A stretch of DNA of 64,000 bases. Source: the human T2T-CHM13v2.0 reference genome, Homo sapiens. Positions 40,262 through 57,013 of this stretch are shown in pieces. The stretch is taken from NCBI RefSeq assembly GCF_009914755.1, contig NC_060928.1; one strand, written 5' to 3'. The notes beneath the pieces are model-generated. The model was not told the origin of the DNA, searched no databases, and saw only the letters and a list, made by a program, of their open reading frames with translations. Made by a program: the position numbers and the translations under genes. Each line of letters opens with the position of its first letter. The stretch's first letter is position 1.

Positions 40262-41240
40262 CTATTTTTGCCAACTTTACAGAGTTATGATTGGCAAATA
40301 CAATTAATTGTATACATTCAATGTATATAATATATATACCTAGTATATACATATACATTATAGAATTATTACCACCAAGTTAATTCTCATACATATTATC
40401 TTGCATATTTATACCCACATTTTTGCGAATAAGAATCCTTAAGATCTACAAACTTAGCAAATTTCAAAAATATAATACATTATTTTTAACTATAGTAATT
40501 ATGCTTCAATTTGAATTCTAGAATTTATCTGATAACTGAAAGGTGTGCCCTTTGACCAAAATTTTCTCATTTCTCTAATCCCCCAGGCCCCAGCCCCAGG
40601 TAAGCACTATTCTACTCTGATTTTATGAATTCAACTTATTTTTTATTTTAAAATAAGTGATATGATAATGATGCAGTATTTTGTTTTACTGTATCAGGTT
40701 TATTTCATTTACCATAATGTTCTTCATGTTTATCCATATTGTTGCAAATTATAAGATTTTATTCTTTTTTAAGGCTGAATAATATTTTAGAATGTGTGTG
40801 CATTTGTGTGTGTATCACGTTTTCTTTATGCATCAATCCAGTTACAGGCATTTGGGTTTTTATATCTTGGCTATTGTGAAAAATGCTACAATGAATATGA
40901 TACTCATTTCATTTTCTTTAAATATATACTAAGAAGTGCAATTGCTAGAGCATGTAGTAGTTATTCTTTTAATTTTTGAGCAACCTCCACACTGCTTTCC
41001 ATTATGGCTATACCAATTTACATTCCTACCAGCAATGTACAAGGGTTCCCTTTTCTCTACGTCCTCTTCAACAGTTGTTTTTTTTTTTCTTGACTTTTTG
41101 ATAATAGCCATTCTAACAGATGTGAGATGACATCTCACTGTGGTTTTGATTTGTATTGCCCTGATGACTAGGGATGTTGAGCACCTTTTCATATATCCGC
41201 TGGTCATTCTTATATCTTCTTTGGCAAAATGTTTATTCAG
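40262..41240 (-). mobile_element. L1MA8/9-like 3' end
   Basis: cttaagatctac...cttagcaaatttcaa...taactatagt; minus-strand ORF HFAKEDIRM...MKRCSTSLVIR matches ORF2 C-terminus. Confidence 0.85.
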
Positions 41241-43289
41241 ATGCCATGTTATATACAACAGAAAAGGGAATAATAAAATTCAAGACTGGAGAGGTAAGTC
41301 AGAATCAGATCATAACAAAATTATCCATAGGGTGGTTGTCACTTCGTAAAATAGTTCTATGCTCACTATATGTCATATTCCTTAATTTTACTCAGATCAT
41401 TAAAAGGCTTAAAATAGTTTTTTAAAAATATAGAAATAGCTCTAACAATTGCAAAGATTAACCTATCTTAAGTTTAAATTTTCAGATTCCATTTTCATAG
41501 TGTCTTGCTACCTTATTATCTTGCTTCATAATGAATAGTTTCCTGCAGCAGTTCACAGCATAAAATTCTAGAACATTCCATTGCAAATATTATAAGGGAA
41601 AATGTTTTAGCACTTTGTACACGAGTACAGCAATATAGGGTCTATGTATAAAATGTCACATGCAATAAGGAAAAGAAAAAAAGGTCTCTGAAAATACCAT
41701 GCATAGAGGAAATAGAGTCCCTGCAATCTCCTAAAAAATTTCTGTGGAAGACATTAAACTTCCTTTTATTCAATGCTACCTTAATCTTTTAATACCTGTG
41801 TTTCTTTAACAAGGCATAAAGGTGTCCCACAGCCTGGTCTGAATGGTGTCTTTCTAAAGCTTCCTATGGAGAACTACTTCTAACAGCCCAGTGGTGATGG
41901 AGAGTTTCTTTCCGTTATTCAGAGTAAGAGGATTGAAGCTCTGCAGGAGGAGCTCACCCTTTATCCTACCAATAGTAAAGCACCATACATTGGCTTTACA
42001 CTGATCTTCTGAATGAGATGAAAGAGTTTCATTTCTATTATGCATTCACATTTTAGCTAGTTTTATTTTTTTTAAATGCTATGGGATACCACATTAGAGA
42101 GCATATTTTCGGACATACCAGGATAAAACTGAAGCTCTAAAATCAAAATGTACACTAACCTCACTGTTAAAACTTAAATCATTTACCTTCTATACTTTAT
42201 TATTTATAATAAGAAAAAGGTTTAAACTTTTTGACTTCAAATACAAGTTTTCTTCCTTTTATTTTTTTCTTTTCAGAAATAGCCCTCCTCAGAGAGTTTC
42301 TCAGTCATTTCAGGGATGTTCGCGTCGTGCCTTCCACAGAAAGTTACCAATGGGCTCCTCTGCTGCTGTTGCTTAATCTCCTTGCCACCTGGCCATCTTG
42401 AGCCCCATGAGATTACTGCATCATTCAGAGGCTTTTCTAAGGACATTGCTCACAACAGCATCTGTGATAGGTAAGAAAGAAGGATCTTCTCCTGTCTTCC
42501 AACCTTATATGAGAAAGACCTATCTCTTTAATCCACCACAGTTCAGCAGAGAAGCCACAGTAACTAATTATGAGACTTTACTGGATGTTTGGTAATAATG
42601 AAAGGTTACTATTTTCTGGAAAATAACTTACAATATTGTAATTCATGGACAGCAACCTTCTGAGAAGTATCTCTCAAGCTTGATACTTCCCTCAATCCCA
42701 GGGTCATGAACGCCTCAGTCAACACCATAGGCATGGCTCAATCCCCCTCTACTTTCCAGTGTAGTCCGAATTGTCTTCAAATTCAAAATCAACCACAATA
42801 TTTGTTCTTACCATTGAGCATAAGCCTTTTTTTCCCATTATTGGTGGCTCGACAGAATAATTAGGATACAAAGGTCTTTTGCCCTCCAGAAAATCTGCTC
42901 TTCCATCCTAGAAATATTATCTGGACTTACAGCTCTAGCTGAATACAGTCCCACTTTAATTCTTTTCTCAAAATCTGAGTAATCCGGATTTAAATAACAC
43001 TTTTTGTAGGACAGCAGTAGCCCAGTTAAGCTGCCGCTGCATCAAGCTCAGTGCAGTTTTATTTTGTTTGGTTTTATTTTGTTTTACAATCTCTGTTCAT
43101 TAAGAACACTAAAAATATTGGGGTCCAAAATTACTTCATTATATTTTAATATAACAGATTTTGACAGATTATTATATTTTGTACTTAATTGAAAATTCCA
43201 TAAATAAAATCCATACTAAATCAGAAATATTGAATATGAGATGATTTGAGTAATTCTCAGACTTTAATAATTCATATACTTTTACTAAG

Positions 43290-44083
43290 TTTTTTATATA
43301 CTTTAAGTTCTGGGATACATGTGCAGAAGATGCAGGATTGTTACACAGGTATACACGTGCCATGGTGGTTTGCTGCACCCATCAACCCGTGACCTACATT
43401 AGGTATTTCTCCTAATGCTATCACTCCTCTAGCCCCCAACTTCCTGACAGGCCCTGGTGTGTGATATTCCCTTCCTTGTGTCCATGTGTTCTCATTGTTC
43501 AACTCCCACTTATGAGTGAGAACATGAGGTGTTTGGTTTTCTGTTCCTGTGTTAGTTTGCTGAGAATGATGCTTTCCAGCTTCAACCATGTTCCTGCAAA
43601 GGACATGAACTCATCCTTTTTTATGGCTGCATAGTATTCCATGGTGTATATGTGCCACATTTTCTTTATCCAGTCTAGCATTGATGGACATTTGGTTCCT
43701 TCAAAGTTTTTGGTATTGTGAACAGTGCTGCAATAAACATATGTGTGCATGTGTCTTTATAGTAGAATGATTTATAATCCTTTGGGTAATGGGATTGCTG
43801 GGTCAAATGGTATTTCTGGTTCTAGATCCTTGAGAAATAGCCACACTGTCTTCCACAATGGTTGAACTAATTTACACTCCCACCAACAGTGTAAAAGCAC
43901 TCCTAATTCTCCACATCCTCTCCAGCGTCTGTTGTTTCCTGACATTTTCGTGATCGTCTTTCTAACTGGCGTGAGTTGGTATCTCATTGTGGATATGATT
44001 TGCATTTCTCTAATGACCAGTGAAGATGAGCTTTATTTCATACGTTTGTTGGTCGTATAAATGTCTTCTTTTGAGAAGTGTCT
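43290..44083 (-). mobile_element. 5'-truncated L1PA7-like
   Basis: tactttaagttctgggatacatgtgcag...ggtatttctcctaatgcta; ORF2 C-terminus WRGCGELGVLLHCWWECK; TSD-like ctaagtttt/ctaagatttt. Confidence 0.92.
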
Positions 44084-44421
44084 AAGATTTTGAAAACAAC
44101 TTTTAATTAAAGATTTACCTTTCGTCAAGCTAATTTCACATGTCATATTGCACAGGCCTATGATAGATGTTTAAGTAAATATTATGGCAAACATTCTGCT
44201 TTTATTCTAAATACTTTGAAAATATGAGAATTCTTTCAGTTCAGATGACCATCTAAATAGATAAGAACATGTAGAATGTTGTATCAATGACCTGAGATCT
44301 TCTCATTGTTCTCAGTCTTGTTAAAAATGAGATAAAGTGATCATTTAAAATGCATTTTAAATATCTACAAACCTTTTCATATTAAAATGTTAGATCCACA
44401 TAATACACAGAAAAGTAAATA

Positions 44422-44790
44422 TATTTATTTATTTATTTATTTATTTTTATTATACTTTAAGTTTTAGGGTACATGTGCACATTGTGCAGGTTAGTTACAT
44501 ATGTATACATGTGCCATGCTGGTGCGCTGCACCCACTAACTCGTCATCTACCATTAGGTATATCTCCCAATGCTATCCCTCCCCCCTCCCCCCACCCCAC
44601 CACAGTCCCCAGAGTGTGATATTCCCCTTCCTGTGTCCATGTGATCTCATTGTTCAATTCCCACCTATGAGTGAGAATATGCGGTGTTTGTTTTTTTGTT
44701 CTTGCAATAGTTTACTGAGAATGATGATTTCCAATTTCATCCATGTCCCTACAAAGGACATGAACTCATCATTTTTTATGGCTGCATAGT
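44422..44790 (-). mobile_element. Short young L1 3' end (L1PA2-like)
   Basis: cattgtgcaggttagttac, cccactaactcgtcatcta (GAG, not Ta ACA), tatatctcccaatgc; close to consensus. Confidence 0.92.
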
Positions 44791-44799
44791 TATTTCCTT

Positions 44800-45125
44800 T
44801 AAAACTTGCAAACTTATGTGAATTTAAAACAAGTCAAACTCATAGAAGCAGGGCGTTGAACGGTGGTTGCCAAGAGTTGGGGAATGGAGGAAATAGAGAG
44901 ATTTTGGTCAAAGGGTACAACTTTCAGTTATAAGATGAATAAGTTCTGGAGATCCAATTTATAACATAATGACTATCATTAATAATACTATATTGCATTC
45001 TTGAAATTTGGTGAGACAGTAGATTTTAAATGTTCGCACCACACACACCAATAAAAGGGTAACTGTGTGTTGTGATGGATATGTGAATTAGCTTGGTGGT
45101 GGCAATCATTTCACAATGTGAAATG
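44800..45125 (+). mobile_element. L1MA9-like 3' end
   Basis: aagtcaaactcatagaagcag...ttggtcaaagggtacaactttcagttataagatgaataagttctggagatc. Confidence 0.85.
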
Positions 45126-45639
45126 ATAACTATTCATAGTAAGGTTAGTAACTCTTACCATATTCATTCTACATACAATCATACAATTATTGCTTGGTCT
45201 TCCTTAAAGATTGGGAGCAACTACGTTTTGCTGGAAAAGAAGAAGGTCAGTCAATGATCCTTTAGGCTTCTTAGCACAAAATGTATGAAGGCCAACATGC
45301 TGTCAGGCTCCATCATTACAGTAGAAATTTAAATACATTTAGTACATGCAGTAATTATCAGTTAAGATTCTTCGTTTTTGATGAATAGAAGTATTGTAAA
45401 AGCATTAAATTAATAAAATGCTATAAAATTATAAATCTGTCCTGACTGTTTGAATATAATGTTACAGTGCTATGAATAATTTTTTTAAAAAAACCATAAG
45501 TCCAAAGGAACTTTCATCCTAGGAGAAAAGGTAAATATTTATTACATATTATAATAGTAGTGGGATAGGATATATTACCTGGGTGATAATCCAAGGGGAT
45601 ATGAAATAATTATTTCTCCCGAGTGATAAAAAATTCATC

Positions 45640-46260
45640 AGTAATGAACTTTGTCTCTGCCTTGGTCTTTTCTCCCTTCTACTAATAGCACTCTGATTCT
45701 CTTCTGAAGAATCAACTTTAATCCACTTTCAGTCTGCATAATCTTAGTAAGAGTCATTCTCCTCAACCTTATCCCACTTTTGTGCTCTGGGAATTAACCC
45801 ATGACCAGGATCAAACCAATCAATAGTATATATCATTTTGGCAAGTTCATTGTCTTAAGATTGACACATGACCCAAGTCTTAACAATGAGATCCAATTCT
45901 GCCTCCTGGAAAAATAAGCAACCTGTCACTACTGAGGCCATTAGCCGGCAACTCCAAAGATCTATCACATTGACAGAGCTCTTCTGAGAGTAAAAACAAT
46001 TCATATTTATATACATATATATAATTTCTTTATATATATGAAGAATATATAATTTATTTATATATATATAAAGAAATTGGGGCAAAGAGAGGTAAGCCTT
46101 TGTAAATATGGTTTGAGTTTCTGGAGACAGATATTCCTAAAAAGGAAATCTTTGCTGTTATTTTTCAGTTGAAGGAAATAATAAATTGTTCCTTTTCAGT
46201 GTTTGAGCTCTCCATTTTAAAAAATGTTTTCCTAAAACCAATTTTTTTTTCATAATCAAG
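45640..46260 (+). mobile_element. Old MaLR LTR (MLT1K-like)
   Basis: aatagcactctgatt...catgaccagg...aaccaatca...cacatgacccaa...caatgaga...aataaattgttcctttt. Confidence 0.55.
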
Positions 46261-47319
46261 ATTCTAGGCAGGGCTAATACTTTATCAGAAAGGAGTTTAG
46301 ACGAGCTTTCAACATGCAGAGAAATTTGAACATTTCTAGCCAGAGGGAAAATGTAAACAAAGAAAATGATCCAGGGAAGTACACTTAAGGTGTGGTTTCC
46401 CTTGACTATAACACAGGGAAACAGAGGTGCCTTAATGGAATATATGCTACACAAAGAGGTATGGGGCAAGACCGTGCACATTTTTCAATGTCAGAATCAG
46501 AAGTTACAATTCTATTCTACAAGCGAAAATGTGTCATAGACCATTTTAGATAGAGTAGGAGAATGACATTATCAGGTCTGAAACTCTGGAAGATTATGCT
46601 GACAACATTTTACAGGATAGTTTTATAAGAGAAAATACTAGAGAAAGAGTTTCAGGGTCATGTGGCTGACACAGGAATAAACCACTTTTGTGAAGCAGCT
46701 GTACCTAGAGGAGATAAAATACAAGTGGATGAAGAAGTCTTATGCTTAGTTCATGACTTTCTCTATGACACGATCATGCCATTCACTTTTATTTAATGTG
46801 ACTGCAAAACATATTACGATAACCACAGGGATGTCAGTGGAAACTGATATGTAAAAGAACAAAATGGGAGTTACAGTTTCTGTGCTCAATTACTAAGAAA
46901 TATAAACAAAAGCTATCAGAGATATCTCACATTAAGTGGAGATAATAACGTAATGATCAGTTTGGCCACAGTAAAAATATATTGTTGTATGTATGTTTAA
47001 CTTAAATTTTATATAGGATAATACCACTGTGAACTGTTAAAAAAATTTTTTTTGAAATGTCATTTAAAAAGATGCTACTCTGTCATAAATGAGCCTTTGC
47101 CTGAGGCATATTTGATATAATTTAAAAAAAAATACTGTAAAGAGTCCATTGCAATTAATTTTGTTTTATTGAAATTACAACTCTCTTAATGTGATGATAA
47201 ACACATTTAGAAAGTTACAATGGTAGAGAAGTCTAGGTCAAAATTTGAGTTTAAACTAAGGTAATGATGAAATTTTAAAAGTGTGGGCAGATATGAAGAC
47301 CATAAAAAAGACAGAATAG

Positions 47320-47800
47320 GATATTATCCAAAAGAACTTCCCCAACCAAGCAAGGCAAGCTGACATTCAAATTCAGGAAATACAGAGAATGCCACAAAGA
47401 TACTCCTCGAGAAGAGCAACTCCAAGACACATAATTGTCAGATTCACCAAAGTTGAAATGAAGGAAAAAATGTTAAGGGCAGCCAGAGAGAAAGGTCAAG
47501 TTACCCACAAAGGAAAGCCCGTCAGACTAACAGCGGATCTCTCGGCAGAAACTCTACAAGCCAGAAGAGAATGGGGGCCAATATTCAACATTCTTGAAGA
47601 AAAGAATTTTCAACCCAGAATTTCATATCCAGCCAAACTAAGCTTCAAAAGTGAAGGAGAAATAAAATCCTTTACAGACAAGCAAATGCTGAGAGATTTT
47701 TGTCACCACCAGGCCTGCCTTACAAGAGCTCCTGAAGGAAGCACTAAACATGGAAAGAAAAAACCGGTACCAGCCACTGCAAAAACATGCCAAGTTGTAA
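47320..47800 (+). pseudogene. L1 ORF1p C-terminal remnant (frameshift near 47700)
   Basis: PQRYSSRRATPRHIIVRFTKVEMKEKMLRAAREKG...ARREWGPIFNIL. Confidence 0.93.
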
Positions 47801-47857
47801 TCAATGCTAGGAAGAAACTGCATCAACTAATGAGCAAAATAAGCAGCTAACATCATA

Positions 47858-51640
<3,783 letters not shown>

Positions 51641-52331
51641 ATTGCAAGGACAGAAAACCAAACACTGCATGTTCTCACTCCATAGGTGGGAATTGAACAA
51701 TGAGAACACTTGGACACAGGGTGGAGAACGTCACACACTGGGGCCTGTCATGGAGTGGGGGGAGGGGGGAGGGATAGCATTAGGAGATATACCTAATGTA
51801 AATGACGAGTTAATGGGTGCAGCACACCAACATGGCACATGTATACATATGTAGCAAACCTGCACATTGTGCACATGTACCCTAGAACTTAAAGTATTGT
51901 TAAAAAAAGAATAGTTAAAATTTTAAATGATTCACTAAAATTTGGGAAATTAATATGAGAACGCATTTCTAATAGATGAAGAAAATATTTATTCAACTGG
52001 CCTGATAACACTATGTGTGGATGATATCTGGAATGACAAAGGCTCAGCTCCTTAAAGGAGGGAAGTCCAGACTTACTAATATTGCCGGTGATCCAGAAAT
52101 GGAAGGAGAAGGAAATTAGGAAGGTTTAGTTAAAACTGGAGAAAGAGGGAGAAGAAACATCTAAAACTTTCAGTAACATGAATAGAATCTACCAGATGTT
52201 TATTGTGAATGTATAGCAACCATTGGAATAAATATATAAATAGATAGATACAGTTGGTCTAAATTGTTGTAAAGGAAATACACTTCAACACTAAAACATT
52301 TATCAAATAATTCAAATGCAGATAGTATAGG

Positions 52332-52853
52332 TGTATTAGCATTCTCCAGACACAGAATCAATAGAATTTCTTTACTTCTTTTTTCTTTTCTTTTTTGTTC
52401 TTTACCTGAGAGAGATTTATTACAAATAATTGGCTCACAAGATTGTGGAGGTGACAAGTCTCAAGGTGTGCAGGGTGAGGCAGCAACTTGGAGACCCAGG
52501 AGAGCCAATGGCGTAGTTCCAGTCTGAAGTCTGGCAGGCTGGAGAGGCAGGAAGAGCCGATGTTTCAATATCAGTCTGAAGGCAGGAAAAAGCTGATATG
52601 CCAATTAGAAGGTAGTCAGGCAGGAGGAATGCTCTCCTACTGGGGCATGCATCAGCTTTTCTTGTTCTCTTCACACTTTCACCTGATTGAATGAGGCCCA
52701 TTCACATTAGGAAGGGCAATTCACTTTACTCATTCTACTGAATTTAATTATTAATCTCAGGAAAAAATCCTTGCAGAAACAAAAAATATTGTTTGACAAC
52801 ATAGCTGGGAACCCTATGTCCCAATGAAGTTAGTGCCTAAAATTAACCATCAA
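52332..52853 (-). mobile_element. MLT2B-like (ERVL) solo LTR
   Basis: tgtattagcattctccaga...aattggctcac...ggagacccaggagagcc...gattgaatgaggccca...aaaattaaccatca. Confidence 0.88.
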
Positions 52854-52854
52854 G

Positions 52855-53530
52855 GTGAAAAAGGAAAAATACAACTGATGCAACAAATAGAAAACATATA
52901 GCAATATGGCAGAGTTAATCTCAATCATATAAATTATATTAAATACAGATAGAGAAGAGCTTCAATTAAGAGAAATAAGTGAATTAAAAAATAAAATTAA
53001 ACAATGTGTCATTAAGAGGAGATATGCATTGAAAATGAAGTAAAGATAAAAGCAAAAATATTGAAAAAGACTACCCTGAAAGCATTAATCATTAGAAATC
53101 TGGACATCATACCACACAAACTAGCCTTCAGGGTGTACAGTATTATCAGACATAACAAAAGGCATTTCATAGTAATAATCATAATAAAATCATACCATCA
53201 GCAACAAAAACATGTTTTGTAGATATAAATATGTATGAACCTAGAAAATGAGTAAGATATAGAAAACTTCAAGAAGATGAAAAACTAACTCAAATTAATT
53301 TATATTTATAAACCACTGCAAACAATAATTACACAACAAATTATTTTCTAGTATAACAGAGTGGTCAGCAAGATAAATTGTGTGCTGGGCCATAAAGTCT
53401 CAATTAATTTAGAAAAAATAAAATCACACAGAATATGTCCTCTCATGTTAAGGGAAGTGATTATTGGGTATTTAAGTTTTTCGGTGTAAAGATTTCCCAG
53501 TCCACTTGAAGTTCTATACACTGTTTCACA
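52855..53530 (+). mobile_element. Old L1M ORF2 endonuclease-region fragment
   Basis: atagaaaacatatagcaatatggcaga...ggcatttcatagtaata...tgctgggccataaa...aaatcacacagaatatgtcctctc. Confidence 0.65.
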
Positions 53531-53739
53531 TATAATGTAGATAATTTCTAACAAAGTACTTAAAATTATTTCCCCTGTTCCCTGTGTCATTTCTATAATT
53601 CTTTTAAGTTATCCATATGCAATAATCACTCACTACATTGGGATTATTATGACATTAGACAGTTATCTTTTAGACTCAGAGAGTTCAGTCACACTCCTAT
53701 GGTAACACGGTGTAAAATTCTGCAATTGAAACTCATACC

Positions 53740-54265
53740 CTATGCACAGAATCAAGTGCATTGGTGTTCAACATTTTTTTCAAACTCTGTTCAATGTCAA
53801 GGGCCCTCTTGCCTTGCAGAGGCTGAAAATATAAATGTAAAATTCTGCAGACACCTTTGCAGCAACAGTTATGGATAATTAAGTGTTCACCCTGAGGGAC
53901 ATTCAAGTGCGATTTAGAATACAGAGTGAAGCAGATGTCACTCTTCTGCTAATTATTCAATTACTGCTGGCAAGTCCAGTGTGAGGACATCTGAGTTTTC
54001 ATTGTCAACTTCTTCATAATAACAGCTTCGTGGTTGTGAATTTCTCTGATTATAGCTTTATCTGCCCATGGATCTGGAGCTAGGACTTATGGTTACAATT
54101 GTCATTTCCATAGGTAGTTTTCTGATTATAGAAAAGTCAGTAATGCTTCAGTGGCTCAATTCCCTAGCATCATTTTAAAAGTCAGTCCTGACAACTAAAT
54201 CTATAGTGCATTTGTTCAAAAGCCTTGGTGATTCTTTTGGCCATTTATATTCCTTTCTTCTGGAA
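53740..54265 (+). mobile_element. LTR33-like (ERVL) LTR
   Basis: ggctgaaaatataaa...cagacacctttgcagc...gcgatttagaa...gtga resembles LTR33. Confidence 0.45.
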
Positions 54266-54269
54266 TTAG

Positions 54270-54794
54270 TGCACTATTTAAGGTACAGACTAAGCTGCTT
54301 TAAGAATAAAATAAAAAAAAAAAACAATGGTTCAGTCAAAGTAAACCAGCATTTCATCTTTCAACTAATAATCTAAATGTTTGAAAAATAGACCAAGTTG
54401 CACCCCCACAAAAAAAAAAAATTCTAAGTGGTCATGCGGAGACCCAGTTCCCATTTTTCCTGTTGATCTGTACTCCCCTAACTTACTGACCTCATCTGCA
54501 AGGCTAAAACAGTTCACAAGGACCTCATCCACATTCAAACCAGTGACACTGAGAAAGAGGAGGTAGAGGTCAAGCAATCTTCTTGTAAGGATGGCATGCA
54601 AAAGTTGCAATTCACAATTCTTTTAGAATTCATTGGTAGTTACTTAGTCATAAAGCTTCAACTGTTGAAAGATAAGTTAGGAAATATAGTGCCAAATGGG
54701 TACTGTGTGCTATGTCAGAAACTTTGGGGGATTATACGGCCAAAACAAAGAATGAGAGAATGGGTATTGAGGGAAAATTAGAGTATTTGTCACA
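54270..54794 (-). mobile_element. MLT1I/J-like LTR
   Basis: ctaagctgct...gagacccag...catccacattc...ttcattgg...cttagtcat...ggaaatatagt...tgtcaca. Confidence 0.65.
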
Positions 54795-55009
54795 ATAAGT
54801 TAAATAAATTCCATTCTCAACAGTGAAACATGAGAAATACATGCTGGGTTGCAATAATTTGTATAATAGTGTGCTCCCCATAATAATGTAATTCATTCAT
54901 TCCTTGAATTAACATGTATTGACATCTACCACATCAAGTTATGTAAAAACAGTGGTTCCTGCCCAGAGGAAGCTTATTAAACAGTGTTAAACACAGATAC
55001 GTAGACTGT

Positions 55010-55265
55010 AAAAATAATAATGTAGCTAATTCTTTGAGTCCATATATGTGTCATGCTATTTAACTGCTCTATGGTTTTGTTAATTTTGTAAACTCCAGTA
55101 ATTTAACGAGGTACTTATTAGTATATCTATCTTAATGTTAAGAATTCTGAGACACAGACAACTTATATAACTTGTCTAAGATCATAGAGGTAATTGAATT
55201 GGAGAAACAGAGTTCAAATTCAGATATTCTTTTCCCAGATTAATGCAGTTAATCATTATGTCATA
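55010..55265 (-). mobile_element. MIR
   Basis: ataataatgtagctaa...ctgagacacaga...taacttgtctaagatcatagag...ttcaaattcag. Confidence 0.7.
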
Positions 55266-55399
55266 CTGGGTTCCATTATATGCGGAAAAGTACTCGGATG
55301 AAGCAATTACCGAACACCACAGATGCTTGTAGGACAAAAAGTTAAAGTGACATTTTGGCATTATTTGTGGTTCTGGTTGCAGTGTGAAGGTGGGGAGGA

Positions 55400-55770
55400 T
55401 GTTGTATACTCATACAATGTGATATTTCTTAGAGATAAAAGGAACAAATTACTGCTACATGCAAAACCAGGTATGAATCTCAAAAACAAGAGTGTATATT
55501 GTAAAATTCTAATTATATGAAGTTCTAAAGGGACATCATTAATTTGGTGTGAAAAACAAAATATCAGAACAGTTGTACCCTCGAGGAGGATAGCTGCAAA
55601 TACCCTCTAGAAGTGTGACTGATTGACAGAAAAGGGCAAAAGAGAAATATGTGGGAGTGAGGGAAAAGTGCTATAATTGATAAGACAGTGTTATGCTACA
55701 TCTACTTATATTTTACAATTAAATTGTGCATTTCACTTGGTGTACATTTTACCTGTAATTAAGAGCTTTT
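55400..55770 (+). mobile_element. L1MC/ME 3' UTR fragment
   Basis: ataaaaggaacaaattactgctacatgcaaaacc...atgaatctcaaaa...tatatgaagttcta. Confidence 0.65.
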
Positions 55771-56241
55771 GAATGTTAGCAATGGTGAAGACTAAATATT
55801 TTGTAATATCTTTTGTGCATCCCAGGCCTGAGGAAATAAGGAACTATATTAAGGTTAAAAAATAGAAAATCATTAAAACTTCCTTTTTTTAACATATGTA
55901 GGCCACAAGAGACATGGAAGAAGACAGAAAAGAGTTAATACTCTCTATCTGATTTTTGGCTTGATCAACTGAAAAATGTAGGTGCTATTTACAGAGATGA
56001 AAGAATGGAGAAAGAAGAAGTAGGGAAAATATCTAAAGGAAACAGATTCTGATGAATATTGAATCCAAGAGAGTGGATGAATTCTCCCAGATAAAGGATA
56101 TGAATTAAGAAAAGCAAAAATACTATTTTAGTGTGATTGATATTTGTGGAAAAATACAAGTTACATGGAGAATCAGGATTGAATATCCAGAAAGCAGTTC
56201 TAACAAGTGAAATGGCATGATTATACTTTTTTTCTACATAA

Positions 56242-56357
56242 CATTGGTTCTCAAACTTTAGTATGCCTTGTCATCACACACTGCAAGGGTTTTTGAAGTA
56301 CAGATTTTCACAGATTATTGGATTCTAACTCCAGTTTCTAATTCAGTTATCTGAATG
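56242..56357 (+). mobile_element. MER5A-like fragment
   Basis: cattggttctcaaactttag...cagatt...gtttctaattcagt. Confidence 0.55.
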
Positions 56358-56795
56358 TCAATTATTTATTGTGAGATGATGAATATTAAGATAACTGAAA
56401 TGACACAGTCATAATCTGTTTGTTTTATATCTTTATGGAAATGCATAGTGACTACTCCTAAAATGAAATATGTCTCATTGTATATGGAGTTATATACACA
56501 TATAAATATACACATGTATATATGTATAAATATAGATGTGTGTATGTGATATAATCTTTCCAATTTATTATATTCTTCCAAGTTTACTATGACAAGGCTT
56601 TTCTTCTGTTTACCTATGATAATTGACAATATTTGTTATAATAAAATTAATAAAGATATTCTTTTATAGTAATTCTGTGATCCTTTTTTTCACAAAAGAA
56701 TCATAACTGTGTCTCTCCAGTGTCTAATATTTTTGCTTTCTAAATTAATAATTATACTTTATACTTTCTCTTTTCAGACTTGCTTTAACCTTTCC

Positions 56796-57013
56796 TTTTA
56801 ATGGCAAAACCACAATTACTTTTGCACCAACCTAGTAGTAATAACTGGAAAAATAAATAGATGCTGACCTGACATTCTAATTGCTATCGTAGTTACAATT
56901 GTTATAGTAGTTATAATTGTTATAGTAGTTATAATGTCAGGTCTGCATCTATTTATTTTTCTAGTTATTCCTATTAAGTTGGTGCAAAAGTAATTGCAGT
57001 TTTGCCATTAAAA
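56796..57013. repeat. Long inverted repeat (85-bp arms, 8 mismatches) containing two MADE1 half-elements
   Basis: 56796-56880 is the reverse complement of 56929-57013; Hsmar1 TIR ttggtgcaaaagtaattgc in each arm. Confidence 0.93.

Noticed and set aside
56878-56931. CRISPR-like repeat array
   Set aside because: Contiguous 18-bp tandem units with no spacers in eukaryotic DNA; no cas genes
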